A stretch of 40,000 nucleotides of DNA from Candidatus Peregrinibacteria bacterium (GTDB lineage Bacteria; Patescibacteriota; Gracilibacteria; UBA1369; LOWO2-01-FULL-3). This document shows, piece after piece, positions 18,232 to 27,285 of the stretch. The stretch covers positions 195,748 to 235,747 of the forward strand of contig JABIJZ010000002.1 in the NCBI GenBank assembly GCA_018655275.1, in the 5' to 3' direction. Made by a program: the position numbers and the translations under genes. Positions within the stretch are counted from its first letter, which is position 1; each line of letters begins with the position of its first letter. The notes below the pieces were generated by a model. That model was not told where the DNA came from. It did not search any database and was given only the letters and a program-made list of their open reading frames with translations.

Positions 18232-18882
18232 ATGGACTTAATTTTCTTTGGCATGCAAGGTGCCGGCAAAGGAACCGTTGGTAAAGTTGTAGCAGAAAAA
18301 CTCAACTTGAAAATATTTGAGACAGGCGGCGCACTACGCGTTTTGGCACAAGAAGACTCTGAACTCGGCAAAAAGATTAAAAGCATCATCGAAGCAGGAC
18401 ACCTCGTCCCAAACGAAGTAGTAATGGAAATAGTGGAAGACTTCATCAACAAACTCGAGCCAGGACAATCAGTCCTTTTCGACGGCATCCCACGCTCAAT
18501 AGAACAAGCTGAATCTCTAAACATGCTTCTCAGCAAACATGATCGCGAATACAAAGCTGTCCTTATAGACATCACCGAAGAAACAGCATTAGAAAGACTA
18601 ACAACTCGAAAACTCTGTTCAGCATGCAAAACAGTATACCCAGGCAACTACGAAAGTGAAACTTGCAACGCAACAAAAGAAGACGGATCAACTTGCGAAG
18701 CTCCTCTCACAACCAGAGCCGACGACAACCCAGAAGCAATCAAAACACGACTTGAAGCCTTCAAAAACGAAACCCTCCCCGCAATCAACCTATACGAAGC
18801 CAACATGATCAAAATCGACGGCAATCCACAGATAGAAGAAGTTCGCGATAACGCAATCAAAATCCTAGAACCATTATTCTAA
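18232..18882 (+). CDS. adk: adenylate kinase
   Basis: 216 aa with P-loop GMQGAGKGT and a Cys-containing lid. Confidence 0.93.
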   Translation: MDLIFFGMQGAGKGTVGKVVAEKLNLKIFETGGALRVLAQEDSELGKKIKSIIEAGHLVPNEVVMEIVEDFINKLEPGQSVLFDGIPRSIEQAESLNMLLSKHDREYKAVLIDITEETALERLTTRKLCSACKTVYPGNYESETCNATKEDGSTCEAPLTTRADDNPEAIKTRLEAFKNETLPAINLYEANMIKIDGNPQIEEVRDNAIKILEPLF

Positions 18883-19634
18883 TGACCCAATCCCCAAAAA
18901 CCCCAGAAGCAATCCAAGCAATGCGTGAAGGCGGAATAGTCCTCGGCCAATGCCTCAAAGAAACCGCAACACGTGCCCTTCCCGGCACATCAACCCTAGA
19001 ACTCGACCAATTTGCTGAACAATTCCTACGAGACCACGGAGGAACCCCCACATTCAAAGGATACCGTGGATTCCCAGGAACTCTTTGCACAAACATAAAC
19101 GAAGTAGTTGTTCACGGCATTCCAAAAGCGGAAGACGTCCTAAAAGAAGGAGACATCATAGCCATAGACTGCGGATTCAGCTACAAAGACCTTATAACAG
19201 ATTCAACAATCTTGGTTGGCGTCGGCCAAATATCCCCAGAAAAACAACAAATCATAAAAGCCGCAGAAGAAACCCTATCCACAGCAATAGACTTCATAAA
19301 ACCAAACATACACGTAGGAGACCTTAGCGTAGTAATAGAAGCTATCATTAGAAAGCACGGCTACAACCCAGTAGAAGAACTCACAGGTCACGGAGTAGGC
19401 CACAAACTACACGAACCACCACACATCCCAAACCAATATGAAGAACAAGGTCCCCTGCTAAAAACCGGCATGACATTGGCAATCGAGCCAATCTTCGCAG
19501 TAGGAAGCCCAAAAATCACAACACTCAAAGACAAATGGACAATAGTAACATCAGACGGATCCCTGTCCGCTCAAATCGAACATACAATACTAATAACCGA
19601 AACAGGTTGCGAAGTCCTCACAAAAAGAGATTAG
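18882..19634 (+). CDS. map: type I methionine aminopeptidase
   Basis: 250 aa with AIDCGF, GHGVGHKLHE, LAIEP and QIEHT metal-ligand contexts. Confidence 0.95.
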   Translation: MTQSPKTPEAIQAMREGGIVLGQCLKETATRALPGTSTLELDQFAEQFLRDHGGTPTFKGYRGFPGTLCTNINEVVVHGIPKAEDVLKEGDIIAIDCGFSYKDLITDSTILVGVGQISPEKQQIIKAAEETLSTAIDFIKPNIHVGDLSVVIEAIIRKHGYNPVEELTGHGVGHKLHEPPHIPNQYEEQGPLLKTGMTLAIEPIFAVGSPKITTLKDKWTIVTSDGSLSAQIEHTILITETGCEVLTKRD

Positions 19635-19708
19635 GCCACATTTTCGAGAACTTTCAACCAAAAAGGGCCCTTAAAGCCACCATTACGGCTTAAACCTGAA
19701 AAATTCCC

Positions 19709-19737
19709 TTGCCATCCCTATATCTCTGAGGTAAACT
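19709..19737 (+). promoter_or_regulatory. possible infA promoter TTGCCA-17-TAAACT
   Basis: Hexamers read directly. The spacer starts with tCCCTAt, as in the fusA and rplC promoters. Confidence 0.35.
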
Positions 19738-19784
19738 CCAGACGCTTTTTTCCAGTTTCGTAACCTATAAAGGGGCTTATTTTT

Positions 19785-20018
19785 ATGGGCAAAGAAGAAA
19801 AAATTGAAGTGGAAGGTGTGATAGTAGAACCGCTACCCGGAGCCAAGTTTAAAGTGGAGCTAAAAGGAGACTCTTGGGAAGGCAAAGAAATCACAGCACA
19901 CTTGTCAGGAAAGATGCAGATGAATTACATCCGGATCCTACCTGGAGACAAAGTTACAATAAAACTGTCAATCTACGACCCATCAAAAGGGATCATAACT
20001 TATAGACACAAAAACTAA
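19785..20018 (+). CDS. infA: translation initiation factor IF-1
   Basis: 77 aa with an S1-like fold sequence (..[20 protein letters not shown]..). Confidence 0.93.
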   Translation: MGKEEKIEVEGVIVEPLPGAKFKVELKGDSWEGKEITAHLSGKMQMNYIRILPGDKVTIKLSIYDPSKGIITYRHKN

Positions 20019-20131
20019 TGAAAGTAAGAGCATCAGTAAAAAAAATGTGTGACCAATGTAAAACAATACGCCGTAAAGGTGTTGTACGAGTTATATGTAA
20101 AAATAAAAAACATAAGCAAAGACAAGGTTAA
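20018..20131 (+). CDS. rpmJ: 50S ribosomal protein L36
   Basis: Hand-found 37-aa [45 protein letters not shown] overlap with infA. Too short for the ORF track. Confidence 0.85.
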   Translation: MKVRASVKKMCDQCKTIRRKGVVRVICKNKKHKQRQG

Positions 20132-20138
20132 ACCTTGA

Positions 20139-20172
20139 GCAGTCAGTGTTCACCCCCCTGAATACTGACTGC
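20139..20172 (+). promoter_or_regulatory. 9-bp stem-loop between rpmJ and rpsM
   Basis: GCAGTCAGT, a 16-nt loop, then ACTGACTGC. No T-run follows, so it is not a canonical terminator. Confidence 0.3.
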
Positions 20173-20193
20173 TTAGGACTTAATCAAAACTAA

Positions 20194-20568
20194 ATGGCAC
20201 GTATAGCAGGAGTAAATCTCCCAAAAGAAAAAAGAATAGAGATCGCACTAACATCAATCTACGGATTGGGTAGAAGCACAAGTAAAGAAATCTTGGAAAA
20301 GACCAAGATTGATTCAAACACAAAAGTAAAAGACCTAACAGAACAAGAAGTCACAACACTAAGAAGCGAAATTGAGAAATACACTACAGAAGGTGACCTT
20401 AAACGAAAATGCGCACTAGACGTAAAAAGACTACAAGAAACAAACTCATATAGAGGGCAAAGACATAAAAAAGGCCTTCCATGCAGAGGACAAAGAACAA
20501 GATACAATTCTAGAACAAAGAAAGGTAAGAAAAAGACTGTAGCTAACAAAAAAACCGTAACTAAATAA
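20194..20568 (+). CDS. rpsM: 30S ribosomal protein S13
   Basis: 124 aa, begins [10 protein letters not shown]. Confidence 0.95.
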   Translation: MARIAGVNLPKEKRIEIALTSIYGLGRSTSKEILEKTKIDSNTKVKDLTEQEVTTLRSEIEKYTTEGDLKRKCALDVKRLQETNSYRGQRHKKGLPCRGQRTRYNSRTKKGKKKTVANKKTVTK

Positions 20569-20573
20569 AAACA

Positions 20574-20963
20574 ATGGCTGATCAAAAAACATCAAAGAAG
20601 AAATCTAAGAGAAGATCAATTACTGAAGCAAATGTTCACATTCATGCTTCATACAACAACACTATTGTTACAGTTACAGAAAAAAACGGTGATGTAGTCG
20701 CTCAAGCTAGCGCAGGAAGCTCAGGCTTCAAAGGAGCTCGAAAAGCAACTCCATACGCCGCACAAATAGCAGCAGAAAACGCAATTCAGAAAGCAAAAAC
20801 ATTCGGACTAGAAAGAGTAAACGTATACATCAAGGGTGTAGGCGCAGGACGAGAACAATCAATGAGAGGAATCTCAGCAAACCAAATTGAAATCTTATCA
20901 ATATCAGACTTCACTTCTGTCCCACACAACGGATGCAGGAGAAAAAAGACTCGAAGAATCTAA
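20574..20963 (+). CDS. rpsK: 30S ribosomal protein S11
   Basis: 129 aa, ending DFTSVPHNGCRRKKTRR. Confidence 0.95.
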   Translation: MADQKTSKKKSKRRSITEANVHIHASYNNTIVTVTEKNGDVVAQASAGSSGFKGARKATPYAAQIAAENAIQKAKTFGLERVNVYIKGVGAGREQSMRGISANQIEILSISDFTSVPHNGCRRKKTRRI

Positions 20964-20972
20964 TAAAATTAT

Positions 20973-21593
20973 ATGCGATATACAGGACCAGCATGCAGAT
21001 TATGCCGACGAGAAGGCGAAAAACTCTTCCTTAAGGGAGAGAAATGCACATCTCAAAAATGTCCCCTCTTGAAAAAGAACTATGCACCGGGGCACAAAGG
21101 CAACAAGAGCGGATTCGGAAAACAATCTGAATACGGACGACAACTTAGAAACAAACAAAAAGCTAAGAGAATGTACGGAGTAGCAGAAAAACCATTCCGA
21201 AGATACTACGGTATCGCTACAAAACAAGAAGGAATTACAGGTGAAAACCTTCTTAGAATCTTAGAACAAAGATTAGACAACGTTGTGTATAGAAGCGGAC
21301 TAGCTGATTCTCGTGCTCAAGCAAGACAATTTGTAAGTCACGGATTGATCAAATTGAATAATAAAAAAGCAAAAACACCATCTCAACTTGTAAAAATTGG
21401 AGACAAGATCGCTATCAATGCAAAAGATGGAGTACAAGCATTCGACGGTGTAGAAAAAAAGAAAGACACTTCGCCAAAATGGCTAAAGGTTGACCTAAAA
21501 AAAGGCGAATCTGAAGTAGCTTTCCTTCCAGAAAAAGATGATTTCGAAGGATCTATAGACAGTCAAATGATCGTTGAGTTCTACTCTAAATAA
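20973..21593 (+). CDS. rpsD: 30S ribosomal protein S4
   Basis: 206 aa, begins MRYTGPACRLCRREG, with an S4 domain. Confidence 0.95.
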   Translation: MRYTGPACRLCRREGEKLFLKGEKCTSQKCPLLKKNYAPGHKGNKSGFGKQSEYGRQLRNKQKAKRMYGVAEKPFRRYYGIATKQEGITGENLLRILEQRLDNVVYRSGLADSRAQARQFVSHGLIKLNNKKAKTPSQLVKIGDKIAINAKDGVQAFDGVEKKKDTSPKWLKVDLKKGESEVAFLPEKDDFEGSIDSQMIVEFYSK

Positions 21594-21619
21594 TACCCTT
21601 ATCCTCTAAACTAGCTACC

Positions 21620-22591
21620 ATGCATATTATCCAAGAAGAAATCGGGGTTCCCAAAATTAAAACCGACCAGGTTGCAGAAAACCATGTCATTTTCACAATG
21701 GGTCCTTTACCTCCTGGATATGGTGTAACCGTCGGCAATTCACTTCGCCGAACACTACTGTCTTCGTTGCCAGGTTCTGCGGTAACAGGAGTTAAATTAG
21801 TAGGGGTAAGTCATGAATATTCAACAATGAAAGGTGTTAAAGACAGTACATTAGACATAATCTTGAACTTGAAACTTTTGGATATCAAAAAATCGTCAAA
21901 AGAACCTTCAATACTTAAATTAGAGACTTCAAAGACAGGGAAGATCACAGCAAAGGACATTCAATGTCCAAACGAGGTAGAGATCGTAAACAAAGACCAA
22001 TACATCACAACTCTTGAGAAAGGAGCAAAACTTTCAATGGAAATCAGAGTAGAAAAAGGTGTTGGGTATGTCCCAGCAAGCCAAAAAGAAAAAGAAGAAA
22101 CTGATACAGCCATGATAGTGACAGACGCAACATTCACACCAGTTAAGAAAGTAAGATTTGAAATAGAAGCAACTCGTGTAGGACAAATGACAGACCTGGA
22201 CAAGCTAACACTAGAGATCGTAACAAACGGAACAATCACTCCAGAAGACGCTCTCAAATTCTCTTCAAACATCTTGAAATCATACTTCAACATGTTCAAC
22301 GAAGAAAACGTGTTAGTTGAAGAAGAATTCATGAGCGACATCAAATCAATATCTGAGAAAGAAAAAGAACAAGAAGCTAAACCTCAACAAGAATCATATA
22401 CACCAATTGAAATTTTAGGCTTCTCGCCAAGAACACTTAATGCCCTCATTAACGGAGGTATCGGATCTATTGAACAACTTTCAAAATGCACAGAAAGTAA
22501 GCTTTCAAACCTAAGAGGATTCGGTAAAAAAGCATTAACAGAAGTGGCAGACGCCCTTGAAAAAAAAGGACTTAAACTATCAGAAGAATGA
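21620..22591 (+). CDS. rpoA: DNA-directed RNA polymerase alpha subunit
   Basis: 323 aa with NTD GNSLRRTLLSSLPG and a CTD helix-hairpin-helix region. Confidence 0.95.
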   Translation: MHIIQEEIGVPKIKTDQVAENHVIFTMGPLPPGYGVTVGNSLRRTLLSSLPGSAVTGVKLVGVSHEYSTMKGVKDSTLDIILNLKLLDIKKSSKEPSILKLETSKTGKITAKDIQCPNEVEIVNKDQYITTLEKGAKLSMEIRVEKGVGYVPASQKEKEETDTAMIVTDATFTPVKKVRFEIEATRVGQMTDLDKLTLEIVTNGTITPEDALKFSSNILKSYFNMFNEENVLVEEEFMSDIKSISEKEKEQEAKPQQESYTPIEILGFSPRTLNALINGGIGSIEQLSKCTESKLSNLRGFGKKALTEVADALEKKGLKLSEE

Positions 22592-22941
22592 GACACCAAG
22601 TAAGAAAAACTAAACTAAAACCCCACAAAGGTCATCAGCTCGCACTGATCCGTAACCTTACAATGGCTTTAATAATCTACGAAAAGATTAAAACCACTGA
22701 AGCTAAAGCAAGGGCGGTAAAACCTTTTATCGAAAGACTTATAACTATAGCTAAAAGAAACGAGAAAAGAGAAGCTATCCGTCAAATAGATAGCCTACTA
22801 CAACACAAGAACAGCTCAAGAAAAATATTTGAAGTTCTAATAGAGAGATATAAAGACAAAAACAGCGGATACCTAAGATCAACAAAACTAGGATACCGAA
22901 ACGGTGACAACGCACCAGTAGTACAACTTGAACTAATTTAA
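22588..22941 (+). CDS. rplQ: 50S ribosomal protein L17
   Basis: 117 aa. ATGA overlap with rpoA. Confidence 0.93.
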   Translation: MRHQVRKTKLKPHKGHQLALIRNLTMALIIYEKIKTTEAKARAVKPFIERLITIAKRNEKREAIRQIDSLLQHKNSSRKIFEVLIERYKDKNSGYLRSTKLGYRNGDNAPVVQLELI

Positions 22942-22944
22942 ACA

Positions 22945-23379
22945 ATGCAAAAAACATACACACCGAAAAAACAGGATCTAGAACCAAAATGGTTCATTAT
23001 AGACGCAGAAGGGAAAGTCTTGGGTAAAATCGCTACATTGGTAGCAGATACTCTAAGAGGCAAGAACAAACCTATCTTTACTCCTCACATGGACTGCGGA
23101 GATTTCGTAATAATCATCAACGCAGAAAAAGTTACACTAACAGGAAACAAACTAGACCAAAAAATGTATTATAGCCATTCAGGCTACAAAGGTGGTTTAA
23201 AAACTGTTCCAGCCCGAAAAATGTTAGCTGAAAAACCAACAAAGATACTTCAAGAAGCCATCAAAAGCATGCTTCCAAAAAACAGACTACAAAAAACATT
23301 TATGAATAAGCTGAAATTATACGTAGGTGCAGAACACCCACACGAAGCTCAGCAACCAACACCACTAGAAGTCAAATAA
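22945..23379 (+). CDS. rplM: 50S ribosomal protein L13
   Basis: 144 aa with WFIIDAEGKVLGKIA. Confidence 0.95.
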   Translation: MQKTYTPKKQDLEPKWFIIDAEGKVLGKIATLVADTLRGKNKPIFTPHMDCGDFVIIINAEKVTLTGNKLDQKMYYSHSGYKGGLKTVPARKMLAEKPTKILQEAIKSMLPKNRLQKTFMNKLKLYVGAEHPHEAQQPTPLEVK

Positions 23380-23388
23380 CCCATTAAA

Positions 23389-23829
23389 ATGAGCGCAGCT
23401 CCAGCAAAAACAACTGAACCAAAAGAATACAAACTTCCATCAGGAAGATATCACTACGCAAACGGCAAAAGAAAAACAGCAGTAGCACGAGTACGGTTGT
23501 ACAAAGGAGACGGCGCAATCTGGGTAAACGAAAAAACTTTAGAGGAATACAGTAAAACAAAAGTATACTCTCAATTAATCAAACACCCTCTTAAACTAAC
23601 TGGCCACGAAGGTAAATTCACAATTACTGCAAAAGTAGTAGGTGGCGGTCAAAACGCTCAAGCAGAGGCTGTAAGACACGGAATCTCAAAAGCACTTCTA
23701 CTTGTCGATGAGACTCTAAAACACACTCTAAAGCAGGCTGGGCTTCTCACAAGAGACCCACGAAGCAAAGAACGTAAGAAGTTCGGTCTCAAACGTGCTA
23801 GACGAGCTCCACAGTTCAGTAAACGTTAA
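23389..23829 (+). CDS. rpsI: 30S ribosomal protein S9
   Basis: 146 aa with GGGQNAQAEAVRHGISKAL, ending FSKR. Confidence 0.95.
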   Translation: MSAAPAKTTEPKEYKLPSGRYHYANGKRKTAVARVRLYKGDGAIWVNEKTLEEYSKTKVYSQLIKHPLKLTGHEGKFTITAKVVGGGQNAQAEAVRHGISKALLLVDETLKHTLKQAGLLTRDPRSKERKKFGLKRARRAPQFSKR

Positions 23830-24236
23830 AACAAGACTCCAAAGTATATTTCAGTCCTGAATCCTTGAGTTAAATCCTTAGGATCATTTGGAATTTTCTT
23901 TCTCCCAGGAGAAACCATTACCCTTCCGCCAGGAATATGTGAGGTCCCAGGCTTAATAGTCGACTCTCTAACAAGAGCTATCGTTTTACAAACATCTATA
24001 GCTGTTTCAGGATCATCAACCATAAGATCTTCCCCGCCTTCGTTAACAAATCTCCAATCATCAGCTTCAACATCAAAGTTAGTCCTAAGATTTGACGCCC
24101 AAGCAGCTCCATATCCCTTGTTAGGCCCCTTCCTTTCACGAGCACCCAAAGTATGTCGAAAACATTTCATAGCAGTACCCGCTTCAGCACCAAAAGCTTC
24201 ATCTAAAGACTCCGCTAATTCATTCAATCTAGCCAT
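23826..24236 (-). CDS. hypothetical protein (136 aa)
   Basis: ORF convergent on rpsI, with overlapping stop codons. A TTGATT-16-TATAAT promoter lies on the minus strand at about 24262-24289. Confidence 0.6.
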   Translation of the reverse strand: MARLNELAESLDEAFGAEAGTAMKCFRHTLGARERKGPNKGYGAAWASNLRTNFDVEADDWRFVNEGGEDLMVDDPETAIDVCKTIALVRESTIKPGTSHIPGGRVMVSPGRKKIPNDPKDLTQGFRTEIYFGVLF

Positions 24237-24329
24237 TTAAACTAATGTTAATCAATCCAAGAAAGTATTATATAACTTTTTTCAAAGAAATCAAGCTTCA
24301 AACAAAGAGATTTGTTATATAATCCAGCC

Positions 24330-25262
24330 ATGAGTTTCATCAAAGACTTCCAAAAACTGTATTGGGCCTCTCCTGTTGTAAAAAACTGGACCAGGCAAAG
24401 CGAAAACTGCGAATACGGAGATATTTGTGTAGTCTCAAAAAACTGCTTCCTATGTTTCAACAGCTCAAACCTAGAAAACTGCTACTATTGTTATTCATCG
24501 CGCAAAAACTACGACTGCAACGGCCTAATGTTCTGCGAACACTGCACCATGTGCTACGAATGCATGGACTGTCACAGATGCAACAACTCCGACCACTGCC
24601 AAGACTGCGACAACTGCGCAAACTGCCAATATTGCTACGACTGCAAATCCTGTAACGACTGTTTTGGCTGCGCAAGCTTAATGCACAAAAAACACCACAT
24701 CTTCAACAAAAAACACTCAAAAGAAGAATATGAAGAACGCCTCAAAGAAATCCAAACCTGGCCCCAAGAAAAAATCGAAGAAGAATTTGAAAAAGTAAAA
24801 ATCTCAAAGCCACGATGCTACATGCACCAAACAAAATGCACAAACTGCATCGGAGACTACGTCGAACACAGCAAAAACTGCTACTGGATCTTTGACAGCC
24901 GCGACTGCGAAGACAGCTTCTACATCATGGAAGCCTGCCTAGAACACGGCTGCAAAGACTGCGCAGACTGCGGCCCCATCGCAAACAGCTTCGAACAATG
25001 CTACGACGTCTGCTTCGCAGGCTACCTCAACAACTGCCACCACATTTATTGGGCAGATTATATCTCAGATTGCGATTGGTGCACTAGCATTTGGGACTGC
25101 AGGAAGTGCTTTGGTTGTATTTACATGAAGAATAAAGAATACTGTATCTTAAATAAAAAATACTCAGAAAAAGAGTATGAGGAACTCACAAAAAAATACA
25201 AAAAGGAATTGTTAGACGCAGGTATTCAGGATCTCTACTCCTTAATCCATTACAAATGCTAG
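24330..25262 (+). CDS. cysteine-ladder protein, short form (about 310 aa)
   Basis: About 41 Cys by hand count, with runs of Cys every third residue and two modules each ending in the cap motif. I prefer the ATG at 24330 over the track's TTG at 24312. Confidence 0.8.
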   Translation: MSFIKDFQKLYWASPVVKNWTRQSENCEYGDICVVSKNCFLCFNSSNLENCYYCYSSRKNYDCNGLMFCEHCTMCYECMDCHRCNNSDHCQDCDNCANCQYCYDCKSCNDCFGCASLMHKKHHIFNKKHSKEEYEERLKEIQTWPQEKIEEEFEKVKISKPRCYMHQTKCTNCIGDYVEHSKNCYWIFDSRDCEDSFYIMEACLEHGCKDCADCGPIANSFEQCYDVCFAGYLNNCHHIYWADYISDCDWCTSIWDCRKCFGCIYMKNKEYCILNKKYSEKEYEELTKKYKKELLDAGIQDLYSLIHYKC

Positions 25263-25633
25263 CAAGACAAACAGCAGGAACACCAACTCACCTCAGGCCC
25301 GTTGAAGATAGTGGAGATGTTGAAAATACCGAAGCCGTTGAAAGCATTGAAGCCTTCATTACCGAATTGGTTGAAAAAGCAACAAATCACCTCGACAGAA
25401 CCCGTACAGACATAAAAGACTTAATTTCTAGAGTGATTCGTAAAGCAAGAAGTCGCTTACAAGAAAGCAGTGGAGACCGGGAAGCATTAGTGGACATGTT
25501 CCTAACTATAAAGACCGAAATTACTGCAATAGCAGGAGTGCCTAAGATCGCTGTAATGATGATTGCAGCTATCATATATACCAAAATCTTAGACATACAT
25601 AACGGGGCTGGAACAATCAAACCCACAAATTAA
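25256..25633 (+). CDS. hypothetical small protein with acidic N-terminus and a C-terminal hydrophobic helix
   Basis: 125 aa. Overlaps the upstream gene's end and ends 8 nt before the long Cys-rich gene. Hydrophobic segment AIAGVPKIAVMMIAAIIY. Confidence 0.55.
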   Translation: MLARQTAGTPTHLRPVEDSGDVENTEAVESIEAFITELVEKATNHLDRTRTDIKDLISRVIRKARSRLQESSGDREALVDMFLTIKTEITAIAGVPKIAVMMIAAIIYTKILDIHNGAGTIKPTN

Positions 25634-25641
25634 AGTAAATC

Positions 25642-27285
25642 ATGACAACCAATAATTGTAAAACCTGCTCAGCCAAATACGACATCACCCCTGAAGACGA
25701 GAAATTTTACGCAAAACTAGACCTTCCATCCCCCACTCTCTGCCCAATCTGCCGAAACAAACGCAGAATGGCTTGGCGCAACGACCGAAGCTTCTACATA
25801 CGAAAATCAGATAAATCAGATGAACAATTCATTTCAATATACCCAGAGAAAACTCCTTTCCCAGTATGGAAACCCGCAGAATGGTACGCAGAAGACTGGG
25901 ATCCCCGCGATTACGGCCAAGATTACGACTTCAACAAACCATTTTTCGAACAATGGAACGAACTCCTCCAAAAAGTCCCACGCCTAGGCATCGACATCGT
26001 TCACTGCGAGAATTCAGAATACTGCAACTACTGCGGAGACGACAAAAACTGCTACCTCGACATCGCCGGCGAAGCCAACGAAGATTGCTATTTCAATTTA
26101 TTCACAAAATACTCACGCGACTGCGCAGACAACACCTTTGTATACAAATCAGACCTCTGCTACGAATCTCTTCACTGCCACACCTGTCACAACGTCCGCT
26201 ACTCAATGCACATGGAAGGATGCGCAGACTGCGCATTCTGCTTTGACTGCAAAAGCTGCCAAAACTGCCTCTTCTCATACAACCTCCGCCACAAAAAATA
26301 CTACATTTTCAATGAAGAACACACAAAAGAAGAATACGAAAAGAAACTCAAAGAACTCAACCTCGGCTCATACAGCAACACACAAATAAGCCTCCAAATT
26401 TGGGAAGACAAAGTCATCAACAAAGCCATCCACCGCGACCAATACAACGTCCAAACCGAGGAATGCTCAGGCAACAACATCAAAAACTCAAAAAACTGCC
26501 GCGAAACATACAACGCAACAAACTGCTGGGACTCAAACTTCTTGTACGACGTCCTAGACACCAAAGATTGCTACGACCTCAACTATTCACTATACAAACC
26601 CGAAGTCGCCGCAGAGCTCATTTCTACACTCAACATGAGATACTCAGCCTGCAACATGGCCTCTCACTACTGCCACAACACATTCTACTGCGACATGGTC
26701 AACAACTCAGACTACTTATTCGGCTGCATCTCGATAAATCGCGGCCATTACTGCATCCTGAACAAACAATACACCGAAGAAGAATACAAAGAACTTTTCC
26801 CAAAAATCGTCACCCACATGCGCCAGACTGGAGAATGGGGCGAATTCTTCCCAGCCAAATACTCCCCTCCCGGATACAACGAAACCATCGCCCAAGAATA
26901 CTTCCCCTTAACCGAAGAACAAGCAAAAAAAGAAGGCTTCAATTGGAAACCAAAAGACAAAACCCCACCAAAGCCCCAGACATACAAAATTCCAAACAAC
27001 ATCAAAGACGTTCCAAAAGAAATCACAAAAGAAATCCTCGCCTGCGAAACCTGCGGCAAAAACTTCCGCCTCATCGAACAAGAACTCAAATTTTACCGCC
27101 GCCAAGAGATCCCAGTCCCCCATACTTGCCCAGACTGCCGCCACGAAGCCCGCCACCGCCTCCGCAACCCACGCATACTCAACCAACACAAATGCGGAAA
27201 ATGCTCAGCCCCAATCACAACCACCTACCACAAAGAACTCCCAAATATTTACTGTGAGAAGTGTTATTTGGAGAGTGTGTATTAG
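25642..27285 (+). CDS. cysteine-ladder protein, long form with N- and C-terminal Zn-ribbon caps (547 aa)
   Basis: N-terminus reads CKTC..FYAKLDLPSPTLCPICRNKRR. Two Cys-ladder modules follow. C-terminus reads CETC..FYRRQEIPVPHTCPDCRHEAR..CGKC..CEKC. Confidence 0.85.
   Translation: MTTNNCKTCSAKYDITPEDEKFYAKLDLPSPTLCPICRNKRRMAWRNDRSFYIRKSDKSDEQFISIYPEKTPFPVWKPAEWYAEDWDPRDYGQDYDFNKPFFEQWNELLQKVPRLGIDIVHCENSEYCNYCGDDKNCYLDIAGEANEDCYFNLFTKYSRDCADNTFVYKSDLCYESLHCHTCHNVRYSMHMEGCADCAFCFDCKSCQNCLFSYNLRHKKYYIFNEEHTKEEYEKKLKELNLGSYSNTQISLQIWEDKVINKAIHRDQYNVQTEECSGNNIKNSKNCRETYNATNCWDSNFLYDVLDTKDCYDLNYSLYKPEVAAELISTLNMRYSACNMASHYCHNTFYCDMVNNSDYLFGCISINRGHYCILNKQYTEEEYKELFPKIVTHMRQTGEWGEFFPAKYSPPGYNETIAQEYFPLTEEQAKKEGFNWKPKDKTPPKPQTYKIPNNIKDVPKEITKEILACETCGKNFRLIEQELKFYRRQEIPVPHTCPDCRHEARHRLRNPRILNQHKCGKCSAPITTTYHKELPNIYCEKCYLESVY

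Noticed and set aside
24312-24329. The TTG start proposed by the ORF track for the first short Cys-rich gene.
   Set aside because: The ATG at 24330 sits 6 nt after a TATAAT hexamer, and the same geometry is seen at the paralog's ATG at 28001. The TTG codon would lie inside the promoter.
25196-25625. A possible frameshift or slippery A-run. My hand translation disagreed with the ORF track by 1 nt between about 25201 and 25620, with both edges falling in A-runs.
   Set aside because: The computed track shows intact ORFs (24312-25262, 25256-25633) with sensible protein sequence. I attribute the discrepancy to my own counting error in homopolymer runs and use the track coordinates.
26400-27257. 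A 285-aa alternative-frame ORF in the long Cys-rich gene, and similarly 36104-37276 (+, 390 aa) opposite the minus-strand paralog.
   Set aside because: The translations are Pro/Arg/Gln/Leu-rich and low complexity. They arise because the sense strand of these genes is nearly devoid of T and G, so stop codons are rare in other frames. The Cys-rich frames are conserved among five paralogs.
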